Positions 9,425-17,532 of a DNA stretch of 32,000 bases are shown piece after piece; position 1 is the stretch's first letter, and every line of letters begins with the position of its first letter. This DNA comes from Candidatus Saccharimonadota bacterium (GTDB lineage Bacteria; Patescibacteriota; Gracilibacteria; UBA4473). Below the pieces are notes generated by a model. That model made no database searches. It was not told the origin of the DNA and was given only the letters and a program-made list of their open reading frames with translations. The DNA is taken from positions 570,001 to 602,000 of the forward strand of contig OY781871.1 of assembly GCA_963677105.1 (NCBI GenBank), read 5' to 3'. Made by a program: the position numbers and the translations under genes.

Positions 9425-10929
9425 TTTTTGAGCAAACTTTTCCCCGTCATTACTTCCGGTTGCTTAATGTCTAGTAATTCTAACGCTGTAGGAGCAATGT
9501 CTTGCAAAGTTCCTTTTTCTCGTAGAGAGGCAACAGTTCCATCCGACTTCAAAACCCAACAAGGAATTAAATTTTTTGTATGACTTGCACACGGACTTCC
9601 ATCTGGTTCAAGCATTTCGTCGGCATTTCCATGATCTGCAAAAAGAAGAACATTGTATCCATGTTCATTTAAAACAGGAACTTCCTGAGACAAACATTCA
9701 TCAAGAACTTCAATCGCTTTTTCTGCAGCGCTCAAAACACCACTATGTCCCACCAAATCAGAGTTTGCAAAGTTCTGAACGATAAGTGAGTAGTCTTTTT
9801 TCTTCACTTGATCGATAAGAGCTTCAGTTTGTTCTCGCGCAGACATTTCTGGTTTTTCCGCATATGAAGCACATTTTGGTGATGGAATTAAAATGCGGTC
9901 TTCTCCGGGGAATTCTTCTTTTCGTTGTCCGGAAAAATAAAAGGTTACGTGATTAAATTTTTCTGTTTCTGAAATTCGTAATTGTGGAAGCCCTAATTGT
10001 GAAACGATTTCTCCTAGTGTTTCTGGTACTTGCGGATCATCCATTTTATACGCTGTTACAGCATCTGGATAATAACTTCCAAATACAGCTACATTTTTGG
10101 GATTTACCCGAAATGGACGATCAAACTCTGTAAAAGTTTCGTCACATAAAGCGCTCCATAACTGACGCATTCGATCAGATCGATAATTGAAGCAAACGAC
10201 GATATCATTTTCTTGAATTGCTCCATTTTTGTCTAAAAATACAGGAGGCATATAATAGTCAGATTTTTCAGAAGTATTATAAAACGCATCTACGGCTTCT
10301 CCGGCAGTATTATGTTTCACTTCGTTTCGTCCCAGCATGGAACTGCATGCTTTTTCAATTCTGTTCCAATTATTGTCTCGATCCATTGCATAAAATCGTC
10401 CTCCTAACGATGCAATTTTTCCAATACCAACAGTACTTAATTCCGCTAAATATTTTTTTATAGAACGCTCTTCCACGTCTCTCCCATCAAGGATTCCGTG
10501 AATAAAAGCATTTTTTATGCCAAATTTTTGAGACATTTTCAATAATCCATTGAGATGTGGTTGAAAACTATGAATTCCTCCGTCGGACAACATTCCTACA
10601 AAATGAATGCGACCATTCTTTTTTGCTTTTTCAAACAAAGGAACAAGTGCTGGATTTTTCATAATATTTCCAGAATTTATATCATCGTCGATAATAGTGA
10701 GAAATTGTTTCACCGCTCGTCCGGCGCCAATAGTTATATGTCCAGCTTCAGATCCACCACATTGAAAACTCGGCAATCCGACGGCTTCTCCATCAGTTTT
10801 GAGTTGAGAAAACTTTTTTGTTTTAAAAAGAGGATCAAGAAATTTTTTCTTTGAATGGAAAATAGCATCTCCCGTATCATGTTTTCCGATACCAAATCCA
10901 TCGAGAATGATTAAACAAACTTTTTTCAT
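9421..10929 (-). CDS. gpmI: 2,3-bisphosphoglycerate-independent phosphoglycerate mutase
   Basis: 502 aa. LIILDGFG metal site, catalytic Ser region GGSEAGHITIGAGR, and C-terminal ADHGNAD. Confidence 0.93.
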   Translation of the reverse strand: MKKVCLIILDGFGIGKHDTGDAIFHSKKKFLDPLFKTKKFSQLKTDGEAVGLPSFQCGGSEAGHITIGAGRAVKQFLTIIDDDINSGNIMKNPALVPLFEKAKKNGRIHFVGMLSDGGIHSFQPHLNGLLKMSQKFGIKNAFIHGILDGRDVEERSIKKYLAELSTVGIGKIASLGGRFYAMDRDNNWNRIEKACSSMLGRNEVKHNTAGEAVDAFYNTSEKSDYYMPPVFLDKNGAIQENDIVVCFNYRSDRMRQLWSALCDETFTEFDRPFRVNPKNVAVFGSYYPDAVTAYKMDDPQVPETLGEIVSQLGLPQLRISETEKFNHVTFYFSGQRKEEFPGEDRILIPSPKCASYAEKPEMSAREQTEALIDQVKKKDYSLIVQNFANSDLVGHSGVLSAAEKAIEVLDECLSQEVPVLNEHGYNVLLFADHGNADEMLEPDGSPCASHTKNLIPCWVLKSDGTVASLREKGTLQDIAPTALELLDIKQPEVMTGKSLLKK

Positions 10930-10936
10930 CTAGGGA

Positions 10937-10951
10937 ATTGTAGGATATAAT
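10937..10951. promoter_or_regulatory. Back-to-back divergent -10 boxes: TACAAT (- strand, 10937..10942) for gpmI and TATAAT (+ strand, 10946..10951) for the pseudopilin gene
   Basis: Both boxes lie inside a 31-bp intergenic region. They end 7 nt and 9 nt from their respective ATGs. Confidence 0.4.
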
Positions 10952-10960
10952 CTCAAAGAA

Positions 10961-11950
10961 ATGAAATTTTTCACTCCTTCAAATAAACACAAAAAAGCAG
11001 GAATCTCGCTTCTTTTGGCGATAGTAGGTTCTACTATTGCGCTTAGTATTGCACTTGCAATCTTGTCTACAATAACAAGATCTGTTGAGCAATCACAAAA
11101 CCTAGAACGATCAACACAAGTATTTTTTGCAATTGAATCAGGTCTTGAGGCCGGATTTTTTCATCATAATGCTCGAGGGCAAGGAGTTAAATTTTTAGAG
11201 CTTAATGACGGATCATTCCCTGCGGCACAAATAATTAACCACGATTCTACAAATATTGATACGAGCTGGACAATAGATGGTCGTTCTGATTCCCATGTAA
11301 TTGAAGGATTGATATATGAAGACACGCCACTTCAGCTTCGATGGTTTTGGGACAATTCAGATACGGTTGATGACAATCCTGCAACAAATCAAGAAGATAA
11401 TGTTCCCAATTTTAACATGAGCTTTGATCCAGATAATGATGTTCCTGGACAGAGTGATTTAAATTTTGGTGCTGACGAAGACGGACCACTTTTAAGTTGG
11501 ATATTAACACGAAGTACTGCTACTGGAGTTGGTTCGCTTGTGCCAAGTGCTGATGATCCAGAAAATCCGTGCGATTTACCAACATCTTTTATTTGTCGAG
11601 ACAGGCTTTCCTCATCATTAGCGAGTAATGATGCATCTAGAAATAATACACTTCTTCCTAGAACACAGACGGAAACAACTTCCACTATTTTCGATTTTTT
11701 AAATGTAGCAGGTGGAAGTAAATTTCAACTTATTGTCACTCCAACAAGACCTTTTGTGGATTCTTGGACTGGACAGAAAATAGATGGAATTCCTTTTCAA
11801 CTCACAGGAGTGAGTGGACAAAACCTTCCTCTTCCTGAGTACGAAATTCACACGATGGTGTCAACACATGGATTCTCAAAAGAATTGGAGCTCTCAAATA
11901 TCCCGGAACAAACAGCGATTCAGGCGTTTAGTTATTCTTTATTTGACTAA
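10961..11950 (+). CDS. PilX-like / minor pseudopilin-like protein (N-terminal hydrophobic pilin-type helix)
   Basis: 329 aa. KKAG-ISLLLAIVGSTIALSIALAILSTITRSVEQSQNLERSTQVFFAIESGLEAG resembles the PilX N-terminal domain pattern. The rest is Asp/Ser/Thr-rich and presumably extracellular. No other pilus genes lie nearby. Confidence 0.5.
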   Translation: MKFFTPSNKHKKAGISLLLAIVGSTIALSIALAILSTITRSVEQSQNLERSTQVFFAIESGLEAGFFHHNARGQGVKFLELNDGSFPAAQIINHDSTNIDTSWTIDGRSDSHVIEGLIYEDTPLQLRWFWDNSDTVDDNPATNQEDNVPNFNMSFDPDNDVPGQSDLNFGADEDGPLLSWILTRSTATGVGSLVPSADDPENPCDLPTSFICRDRLSSSLASNDASRNNTLLPRTQTETTSTIFDFLNVAGGSKFQLIVTPTRPFVDSWTGQKIDGIPFQLTGVSGQNLPLPEYEIHTMVSTHGFSKELELSNIPEQTAIQAFSYSLFD

Positions 11951-11960
11951 AACGAAAGAT

Positions 11961-12677
11961 TTATTTCTTTACGGTCGTTCCAATCTTTTCTCCGAGAACA
12001 GCTTTTTTCATGGCACCAATTTCCTGTAATTCAAACACAAGGAGAGGCATATCATTATCTCGACATTGAGCGATTGCAGTTGCATCCATTACTTTTAAGT
12101 CTTGTTCTAAAACCTCAGTGTACGTGATTGTGTCGTATTTTTTTGCAGTCGGAGTTGTTTTCGGATCAGCAGAATAAACACCATTTACGTTTGTTGCCTT
12201 CATTAATACATCACACTGAAGTTCCAGTGATCGTAGTGCAGCAGCAGAATCTGTAGTGAAATATGGATTTCCTGTTCCAGCAGCACAAATGACAATTCTT
12301 CCCTTTTCTAAATGTCGTAATGCTCGTCGTGTAATATATGGTTCTGCAACAGAAGGAATATCAATTGCAGAACAAATTCTTGTGATAATTCCATGTTTTT
12401 TCTCTAAGTTGGCTTGCAAAGCAACAGAGTTCATAACTGTTCCAAGCATTCCAATATAATCTGACGGAACACGATCAATTCCAGAAGCTTCGTTTGATGC
12501 TCCACGCCAAATGTTTCCAGCACCAATGACAATTACAATTTCTACATCGAGCTCATGTACCTCCGCAATGGAATCACATATTCGATCAAGTACAGAATAG
12601 TCGATACCAAAAGTTTTCTTTCCGAGCAATGCTTCGCCAGAAAGTTTTAACAGAATCCGATTATATTTTTTTGTCAT
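11961..12677 (-). CDS. pyrH: UMP kinase
   Basis: 238 aa. ILLKLSGEAL, GAGNIWRG, and the amino-acid kinase fold throughout. Confidence 0.95.
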   Translation of the reverse strand: MTKKYNRILLKLSGEALLGKKTFGIDYSVLDRICDSIAEVHELDVEIVIVIGAGNIWRGASNEASGIDRVPSDYIGMLGTVMNSVALQANLEKKHGIITRICSAIDIPSVAEPYITRRALRHLEKGRIVICAAGTGNPYFTTDSAAALRSLELQCDVLMKATNVNGVYSADPKTTPTAKKYDTITYTEVLEQDLKVMDATAIAQCRDNDMPLLVFELQEIGAMKKAVLGEKIGTTVKK

Positions 12678-12684
12678 TGTTGAG

Positions 12685-12713
12685 AGTGTACTCGTGATGG
12701 TGTTATGCGTCGA
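12685..12713 (-). promoter_or_regulatory. Putative pyrH promoter: TCGACG-17-TACACT, with the -10 ending 7 nt from the ATG
   Basis: On the - strand: TCGACGcataacaccatcacgagTACACTctcaacaATG. The -35 box overlaps the rdgB stop region. Confidence 0.35.
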
Positions 12714-13308
12714 GTTTTTTCTTGAGAAATACGACTAATTGTTTTACAGATTTTCCGCGATGGGAAATAGCATTTTTTTCTTCATGAGAGAGAGCGGAGT
12801 AAACACGTGTTTCTCCATTCGCAAGAAATACTGCCGAAACAGGAATTCCCGGTTCGAGTTCAGCTTGTGGTTCTGACACTATTTTTCCAGAAGTTTTTCC
12901 AAGAAAGGTAGCAGATTCTTTCGTTTTTGGATCAAAAAAAGCAATAGCAGAACAAAAAGTTGCTGTTCTATCTTTCGCGTTTTGGAGAATTTTCATAAAT
13001 GTATCTAGCCATTCTTCATCAGTATTTGCGTCAATTTCACGACGAGTTCGAACGCCAAATTTTTTTGGAAATTCTTTCAGAATTAATCCAGAGTCTTCTC
13101 CCAAAGTTGGCAATCCTGTTTGGTTCGCAAAAAATTTTGCTTTTACAAGTGCATTTTCTTCAAATGTTTGTGCGCTTTCATTTGGTTCTCCTGACACATC
13201 AACATCTTGTAAAGACAGAAAATCAATTTCAGATAGTCCGTATTGATGAAACGCTTCTAATAATTCTTTCTTTTTTCCTTCATTAGTCGTAGCAATCAAG
13301 AGTTTCAT
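12703..13308 (-). CDS. rdgB: dITP/XTP pyrophosphatase (RdgB/HAM1 family)
   Basis: 201 aa. ATTNEGKKKEL, EDSGL, and C-terminal ISHRGKS. Its ATG overlaps the rbfA stop. Confidence 0.9.
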   Translation of the reverse strand: MKLLIATTNEGKKKELLEAFHQYGLSEIDFLSLQDVDVSGEPNESAQTFEENALVKAKFFANQTGLPTLGEDSGLILKEFPKKFGVRTRREIDANTDEEWLDTFMKILQNAKDRTATFCSAIAFFDPKTKESATFLGKTSGKIVSEPQAELEPGIPVSAVFLANGETRVYSALSHEEKNAISHRGKSVKQLVVFLKKKLDA

Positions 13309-13628
13309 TTCAATTTTTGGTTCATGATTTTTGCGTGCTCAATCCCCGTATCTTTTTTGAATCGTAAAACAATTTCTCGTCGTAGTTTTACGCGTGTTAA
13401 AAGACTATGTGTTATTTTCGGCTTCACTTTATTCACAGCATCAATCCATCCTGCTGGAGCACTCAACGCGTCCAACCAAATTTCTGCAATTCCACAATCA
13501 CCAGAAACTTCTACTGCCGTGATAGTCAAAAATCCAACCTGATTTGGAGTAAGCATTTGTTGTAAAATGGGAGGTAATTCTTGAGAAATAACTCCGGCTA
13601 ATCGACGGCTTCGTTCGGATGTTTTCAT
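13305..13628 (-). CDS. rbfA: Ribosome-binding factor A
   Basis: KTSERSRRLAGVISQELPPIL.. and ..ITAVEVSGDCGIAEIWL are typical of RbfA. The ORF-track start at 13664 is a TTG. The ATG at 13628 gives the canonical length. Confidence 0.85.
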   Translation of the reverse strand: MKTSERSRRLAGVISQELPPILQQMLTPNQVGFLTITAVEVSGDCGIAEIWLDALSAPAGWIDAVNKVKPKITHSLLTRVKLRREIVLRFKKDTGIEHAKIMNQKLK

Positions 13629-13635
13629 TGCTCGT

Positions 13636-13664
13636 ACTGTGCCAAAAACGAAGAATAAAAGCAA
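13636..13664 (-). promoter_or_regulatory. Putative rbfA promoter: TTGCTT-17-(TGg)CACAGT, with the -10 ending 7 nt from the ATG
   Basis: On the - strand: TTGCTTttattcttcgtttttggCACAGTacgagcaATG. The -10 hexamer is weak. Confidence 0.3.
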
Positions 13665-13680
13665 TGTTTCATAAAAAATA

Positions 13681-13709
13681 TTGACAAGTGTAACAAATTA
13701 TTATAAAAG
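13681..13709 (+). promoter_or_regulatory. Promoter of the mini-gene: TTGACA with a TATAAA/TAAAAG -10 region
   Basis: TTGACAagtgtaacaaattatTATAAAAG. The -35 is a perfect consensus. The spacer is 15-17 nt, depending on which hexamer is used. Confidence 0.5.
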
Positions 13710-13792
13710 ATTATCAGTGTTGTGTTTTCAAAATCTTTAGTAAGAAAGATTGGGCATGACCAAACAAGAGAAAGAATGTGAAGGAGGGTGAT

Positions 13793-13891
13793 ATGACAAA
13801 TGAGAAAAGACGTAAAAGAACAGGGATGATTGTGTGGGGGACATTGTTCTTCATTATAGCGATACTAGTAGTTTTAATTAAAATTTCCTAA
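13793..13891 (+). CDS. 32-aa single-TM small protein (MTNEKRRKRTGMIVWGTLFFIIAILVVLIKIS)
   Basis: Absent from the ORF track, presumably because it is short (the shortest listed ORF is 60 aa). The ATG is preceded by gaAGGAGGgtgat (GGAGG, 6-nt spacer). It has a basic N-terminus and a 20-residue hydrophobic helix. A promoter and a strong terminator bracket it. Confidence 0.55.
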   Translation: MTNEKRRKRTGMIVWGTLFFIIAILVVLIKIS

Positions 13892-13900
13892 GTCTCTTGT

Positions 13901-13935
13901 GGCAAATGTCGTTATGACGTTTGCCTTCTTTTTTA
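13901..13935 (+). terminator. Intrinsic terminator of the mini-gene
   Basis: ggcaaatgtc-gttat-gacgtttgcc, a 10-bp stem with one G.U pair, followed by ttctttttta. Confidence 0.75.
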
Positions 13936-13987
13936 TAGATAATACTAAAAATTGCCACTTCCTCATTCCAACAGTAAACTCGTGGCG

Positions 13988-16189
13988 ATGAATTACTGCT
14001 TCCTTGATCTCGAAACAACCGGACTCGAACACGAAAAAGATTCGATTCTGGAGGTTTCATTTATTGTTACTGACGAAAATTTACAAGAAATATCGCGTGT
14101 TGATGAGATTATTATTCCAGAAAAAACACCGCTTATTCCATTTGTAACGCAACTTACCGGAATTACGCCAGAGTTGGTTGAAGCAGAAGGAAAACAATGG
14201 AGCGATATGAAAAACGAAGTTATTTCAAAAATAGGTGATGCGACTATTATCGGTCACAATATAGATTTTGATATTCGATTTTTGCAGGAAAATGGCGTGG
14301 CTTTGGAAAAAAATAAACGAATTGATACGCATGAATTAGCGAGAATCTTGTTACCGGGAGATGAAAGTTTTTCTCTTGAGGCAATTACACAGAGATTTGA
14401 TCTTTCTCACGAAGACGCTCACAGAGCGATGTCAGATGTCAAAGCGTGTATTGGATTGTGGCCGATTTTATTAGAAAAACTAAAAGAACTCCCACGAGAA
14501 GCAATTCCAAATTTTGAAGCATTTTTTAAACAAACAGACTGGGAAGCGGGGAAATTATTTCTTGAATTTTGTGGACAAAAAGATGCTTCTCAATTTGTGA
14601 AAGAAACAGAGGAGCGTGTTTCAAAAAAAGAACTACCAGAAATAAATGACGAAGAATTATCTGCATTAGAACAAGAACACACGACCTTTGTTCCCATTGG
14701 TAATACAGGAGAAAGTGTTCGATGGCTTACATCGGTAGCAAAAAAATCCACAAAGAAAACACTTATTGTTGCGCCAGAACTTTCTTTTTTCCCAAATATT
14801 TCACAAGTGCCAACGCCAAGTGTTTTATTTGATCCAGAGCGACATCTTGAGTTCTTTGAAAAAAGAGGAACGATGAATGATCTGGAAACAACGTTTTGGT
14901 TGCAATGTGCGGTTCGACATTGGTTAGGACATCGTGGGGTAAGTTTTTTCAATCTCTATCTTCATCAGCGTGATTACTGGCGAGAAGTTTGCATCGAATC
15001 AGTTGAACATCCGATTTTTCAAGACATTATTCATGAACGCGAACAACAAAAAACACTAGTTTGTACGCCTGCAGCATGGGCCGAACTTGTTGATTTACCG
15101 CTTATAAAAGATCGTTGGTTATTCGTTTCTGAAACAGAAGTATTTGCTGAAAAATTGTTATTTGCAGAAAGTACAACCGCTTCGTTGCAGCCATTTTTAG
15201 AAAAAACAGAAACACAATTTTTCGTGGCAGGATTTGTGCGAGAAGTTATAGAAAAAGAATTAGGGCGCGCTATTTCTACGTTTCCAGAGAGAATCCTCTT
15301 GCGTTCTGGAAAAAATTACACAGAATTTGCGGACGCGCTCCGTACTATTTCTGAAAGTTTTGAAGAAGTTGCTCAGTGGCTAGAAAACCCTGAATCGAAT
15401 CTTGTCCGTTGGGTTAGCTATTTTCCTGCAACAGGAGCGCTTACATTTAGTTCTTGGAAACCAGAAAATTGGCGGAATCTTCAGCAAAAATTTAACGAAC
15501 AACAAGCAATTCTATGTCTTCGTCATAATGGAGGAGAATCAAATGCATTTTGTCGCGTGTTTTTGGGACGACAGGAAGGAGTTTTTCTCGAAAAAGAAGA
15601 ATTACAATTACATGGAAAAATTGTTATTCCAACAGGATTAGTGAGTAGTAAATCACCAGAATTTACACCATTTTGTGCCCAAATGATTGCGAAATTAGCA
15701 GAAGAACGTGATGAGAAAAACTGGGTTGCAACGGGATTTTCATCTCTTGCAACACTGAAGAATGTCGGATTATTACTCAAAGAAAATCCACCAAAAAACT
15801 GTGTTGTTTTGGGAGAAAAGTTGGCAGGAGGAGATACAAAAATGATCGGACAATTACGTCTTCAAAAACAAGCTACTTTACTTCTTCAAAAGATCCAATC
15901 GCCAGAATTAGAAGATCTTCCGTTTACAACATTTGTTATACAAAAATTTCCATTTGCTCCACCACAACCATTGCTTAATCATGTTGAATCTGAATGGGTC
16001 AAAAAAAGTGGAGAAAAGTACATTTTTTTCAATAACTGGACTGTCCCCACAATTACTGCTCGACTTTCTCGTGCGGCTGGACAATTTGGAAATATTGAAA
16101 CAGTTATTGTTATTGATCCAGCAGAAACAAGTACTTGGGGAAAAACAGTCCTCAAAAACGCTTTTCCACATTTTCATACAATAAAATGA
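13988..16189 (+). CDS. DnaQ-type 3'-5' exonuclease fused to a DinG-like helicase scaffold whose ATPase motifs are substituted
   Basis: The N-terminus has DEDDh motifs (FLDLETTG, GHNIDFD, HRAMSDV). The C-terminal ~500 aa is colinear, from memory, with Firmicute-type DinG (..LIVAPE.., ..VIQKFPFAPPQP..). The ORF-track start at 13952 is a TTG, and the first ATG at 13988 gives MNYCFLDLETTG. Confidence 0.75.
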   Translation: MNYCFLDLETTGLEHEKDSILEVSFIVTDENLQEISRVDEIIIPEKTPLIPFVTQLTGITPELVEAEGKQWSDMKNEVISKIGDATIIGHNIDFDIRFLQENGVALEKNKRIDTHELARILLPGDESFSLEAITQRFDLSHEDAHRAMSDVKACIGLWPILLEKLKELPREAIPNFEAFFKQTDWEAGKLFLEFCGQKDASQFVKETEERVSKKELPEINDEELSALEQEHTTFVPIGNTGESVRWLTSVAKKSTKKTLIVAPELSFFPNISQVPTPSVLFDPERHLEFFEKRGTMNDLETTFWLQCAVRHWLGHRGVSFFNLYLHQRDYWREVCIESVEHPIFQDIIHEREQQKTLVCTPAAWAELVDLPLIKDRWLFVSETEVFAEKLLFAESTTASLQPFLEKTETQFFVAGFVREVIEKELGRAISTFPERILLRSGKNYTEFADALRTISESFEEVAQWLENPESNLVRWVSYFPATGALTFSSWKPENWRNLQQKFNEQQAILCLRHNGGESNAFCRVFLGRQEGVFLEKEELQLHGKIVIPTGLVSSKSPEFTPFCAQMIAKLAEERDEKNWVATGFSSLATLKNVGLLLKENPPKNCVVLGEKLAGGDTKMIGQLRLQKQATLLLQKIQSPELEDLPFTTFVIQKFPFAPPQPLLNHVESEWVKKSGEKYIFFNNWTVPTITARLSRAAGQFGNIETVIVIDPAETSTWGKTVLKNAFPHFHTIK

Positions 16190-17532
16190 GTTTACCTCGT
16201 GTCGGAATCATTGGAACGGGATTTTTTGGAACAGCACTAAAGAACGCATGGACTCCTCTTATTGGAAAAACAATTGAGACGATTGATGCGTGGGAAACTT
16301 CGGAAGAACGACCATCCAGAGATCCTGAAATTTTAGTACTCGCGATTCCATCGACTGCCAAAAATGGAAATAAGTTAGCGATTCTTGATTATATTGAGTC
16401 CTTTCCAAAATCTTCCATCGTTGTCACATCAAAAGGGCGCAAAGCATTAGAAATTTTTCATGAACACATTTCCCCAACCGATAAATGGAGAGTTTTTTCT
16501 ATTTCTGGTCCGAATTTAGCGGATCAATTGGGACATACTCCAACGGCCACAAAAATTGCAGGACAAGCATTGCAATTATCAGAGTTTTTGGCGCAAACAT
16601 TATCCAGCAATGTTCTCGATGTAGAAGCTTCTGAATCGGTAGAAATAGTACAACGAGGAGGAATGTTGAAAAATTTTCTTGTATTTGAATTAGGAAAATT
16701 ATGGGAAAAATTAGAAACGACACAACTACGCATTGAGGCAATAATAATGGCACTTCGTGCTGGATTTGAATCAGTAAATATGTCTGCTCCAGGAGAAGAA
16801 GATCGATCAGAATTTTTTGGAATTTCTGGATTAGGAGATATTTTATTGTGTTTAGGAATTTTTCCAGAAGCACATGGATCACGAAATTTTCGAGCAGGAA
16901 GAGAGCTTTCGTCAGGAAAAAACAAAAAAGAAGTATTAGAAAAATTTCAGACACTTGAAGGTTTGATAATGAGTCAGGAATTTCATGAAAGACAGAAATC
17001 GCCATCTTTCAATGTTCCGGCGATGGAAAAATTTCGCACAATAACAAGTGGAGATTTATCGGGAATAGTACCAAAACAAAATATGTTTCCCGAGTTAACA
17101 GTTCTCATGCGCTCAGTATGGAAAAAATTTATCCGCATTGCACAAGAGAAAAATTTTCAGAGTAATACTTATGCGTGGGTTGCGTGTGAACTTTTGACCG
17201 AAGTCGCTAATGCAAATTTAGTTTCCCTTGCAAAATGGGAAAGTGCAGAACCTCTTCTTCGTGCGCTTTTAGAAACCCTTTTAATTGGGCAAGAAATTTC
17301 AACCAATCCAAATAATTCTTTAGAAATTTGGAATCGGCTTATTGAGAATCTTCCTTTTTTGAACACTTCGTCCGGGAGTTTTCACCTCAAGCACTTGTTG
17401 CCAGCTTCGTGCAGACATTCTACGAAAAGTTTTCTTGGCTGGGAATGGGCGAGAGACATCCTCGGTATTCAGCGACGGAACGATGAATTGAGGGATTCGA
17501 GAAACGACGGGAGATTGGATAGAGACAGTTGA
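16186..17532 (+). CDS. gpsA: NAD(P)H-dependent glycerol-3-phosphate dehydrogenase-like protein with a ~150-aa C-terminal extension
   Basis: IIGTGFFGTAL (GxGxxG), VVTSKG, SISGPNLADQL, GGMLKN, GISGLGDILLC and GSRNFRAG all match GpsA landmarks. The ATG at 16186 overlaps the upstream stop (ATGA). The last 213 nt overlap a convergent ORF. Confidence 0.7.
   Translation: MSLPRVGIIGTGFFGTALKNAWTPLIGKTIETIDAWETSEERPSRDPEILVLAIPSTAKNGNKLAILDYIESFPKSSIVVTSKGRKALEIFHEHISPTDKWRVFSISGPNLADQLGHTPTATKIAGQALQLSEFLAQTLSSNVLDVEASESVEIVQRGGMLKNFLVFELGKLWEKLETTQLRIEAIIMALRAGFESVNMSAPGEEDRSEFFGISGLGDILLCLGIFPEAHGSRNFRAGRELSSGKNKKEVLEKFQTLEGLIMSQEFHERQKSPSFNVPAMEKFRTITSGDLSGIVPKQNMFPELTVLMRSVWKKFIRIAQEKNFQSNTYAWVACELLTEVANANLVSLAKWESAEPLLRALLETLLIGQEISTNPNNSLEIWNRLIENLPFLNTSSGSFHLKHLLPASCRHSTKSFLGWEWARDILGIQRRNDELRDSRNDGRLDRDS

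Noticed and set aside
13878-14060. 60-aa - strand ORF antisense to the mini-gene 3' end and terminator, considered as a possible antitoxin or antisense partner.
   Set aside because: It has no recognisable promoter or start context. It runs through the terminator stem and the 5' end of the exonuclease gene, and its composition looks like a chance antisense frame.
16499-17005. 168-aa and 133-aa - strand ORFs inside the gpsA-like gene.
   Set aside because: They are antisense to a region with clear GpsA homology, Leu/Phe/Ile-rich and low in complexity. This is the typical shadow-ORF pattern of AT-rich coding DNA. The same reasoning applies to the other antisense ORFs in the track within clpC, pheT, uvrB, asnS, gpmI, the HD gene and others.
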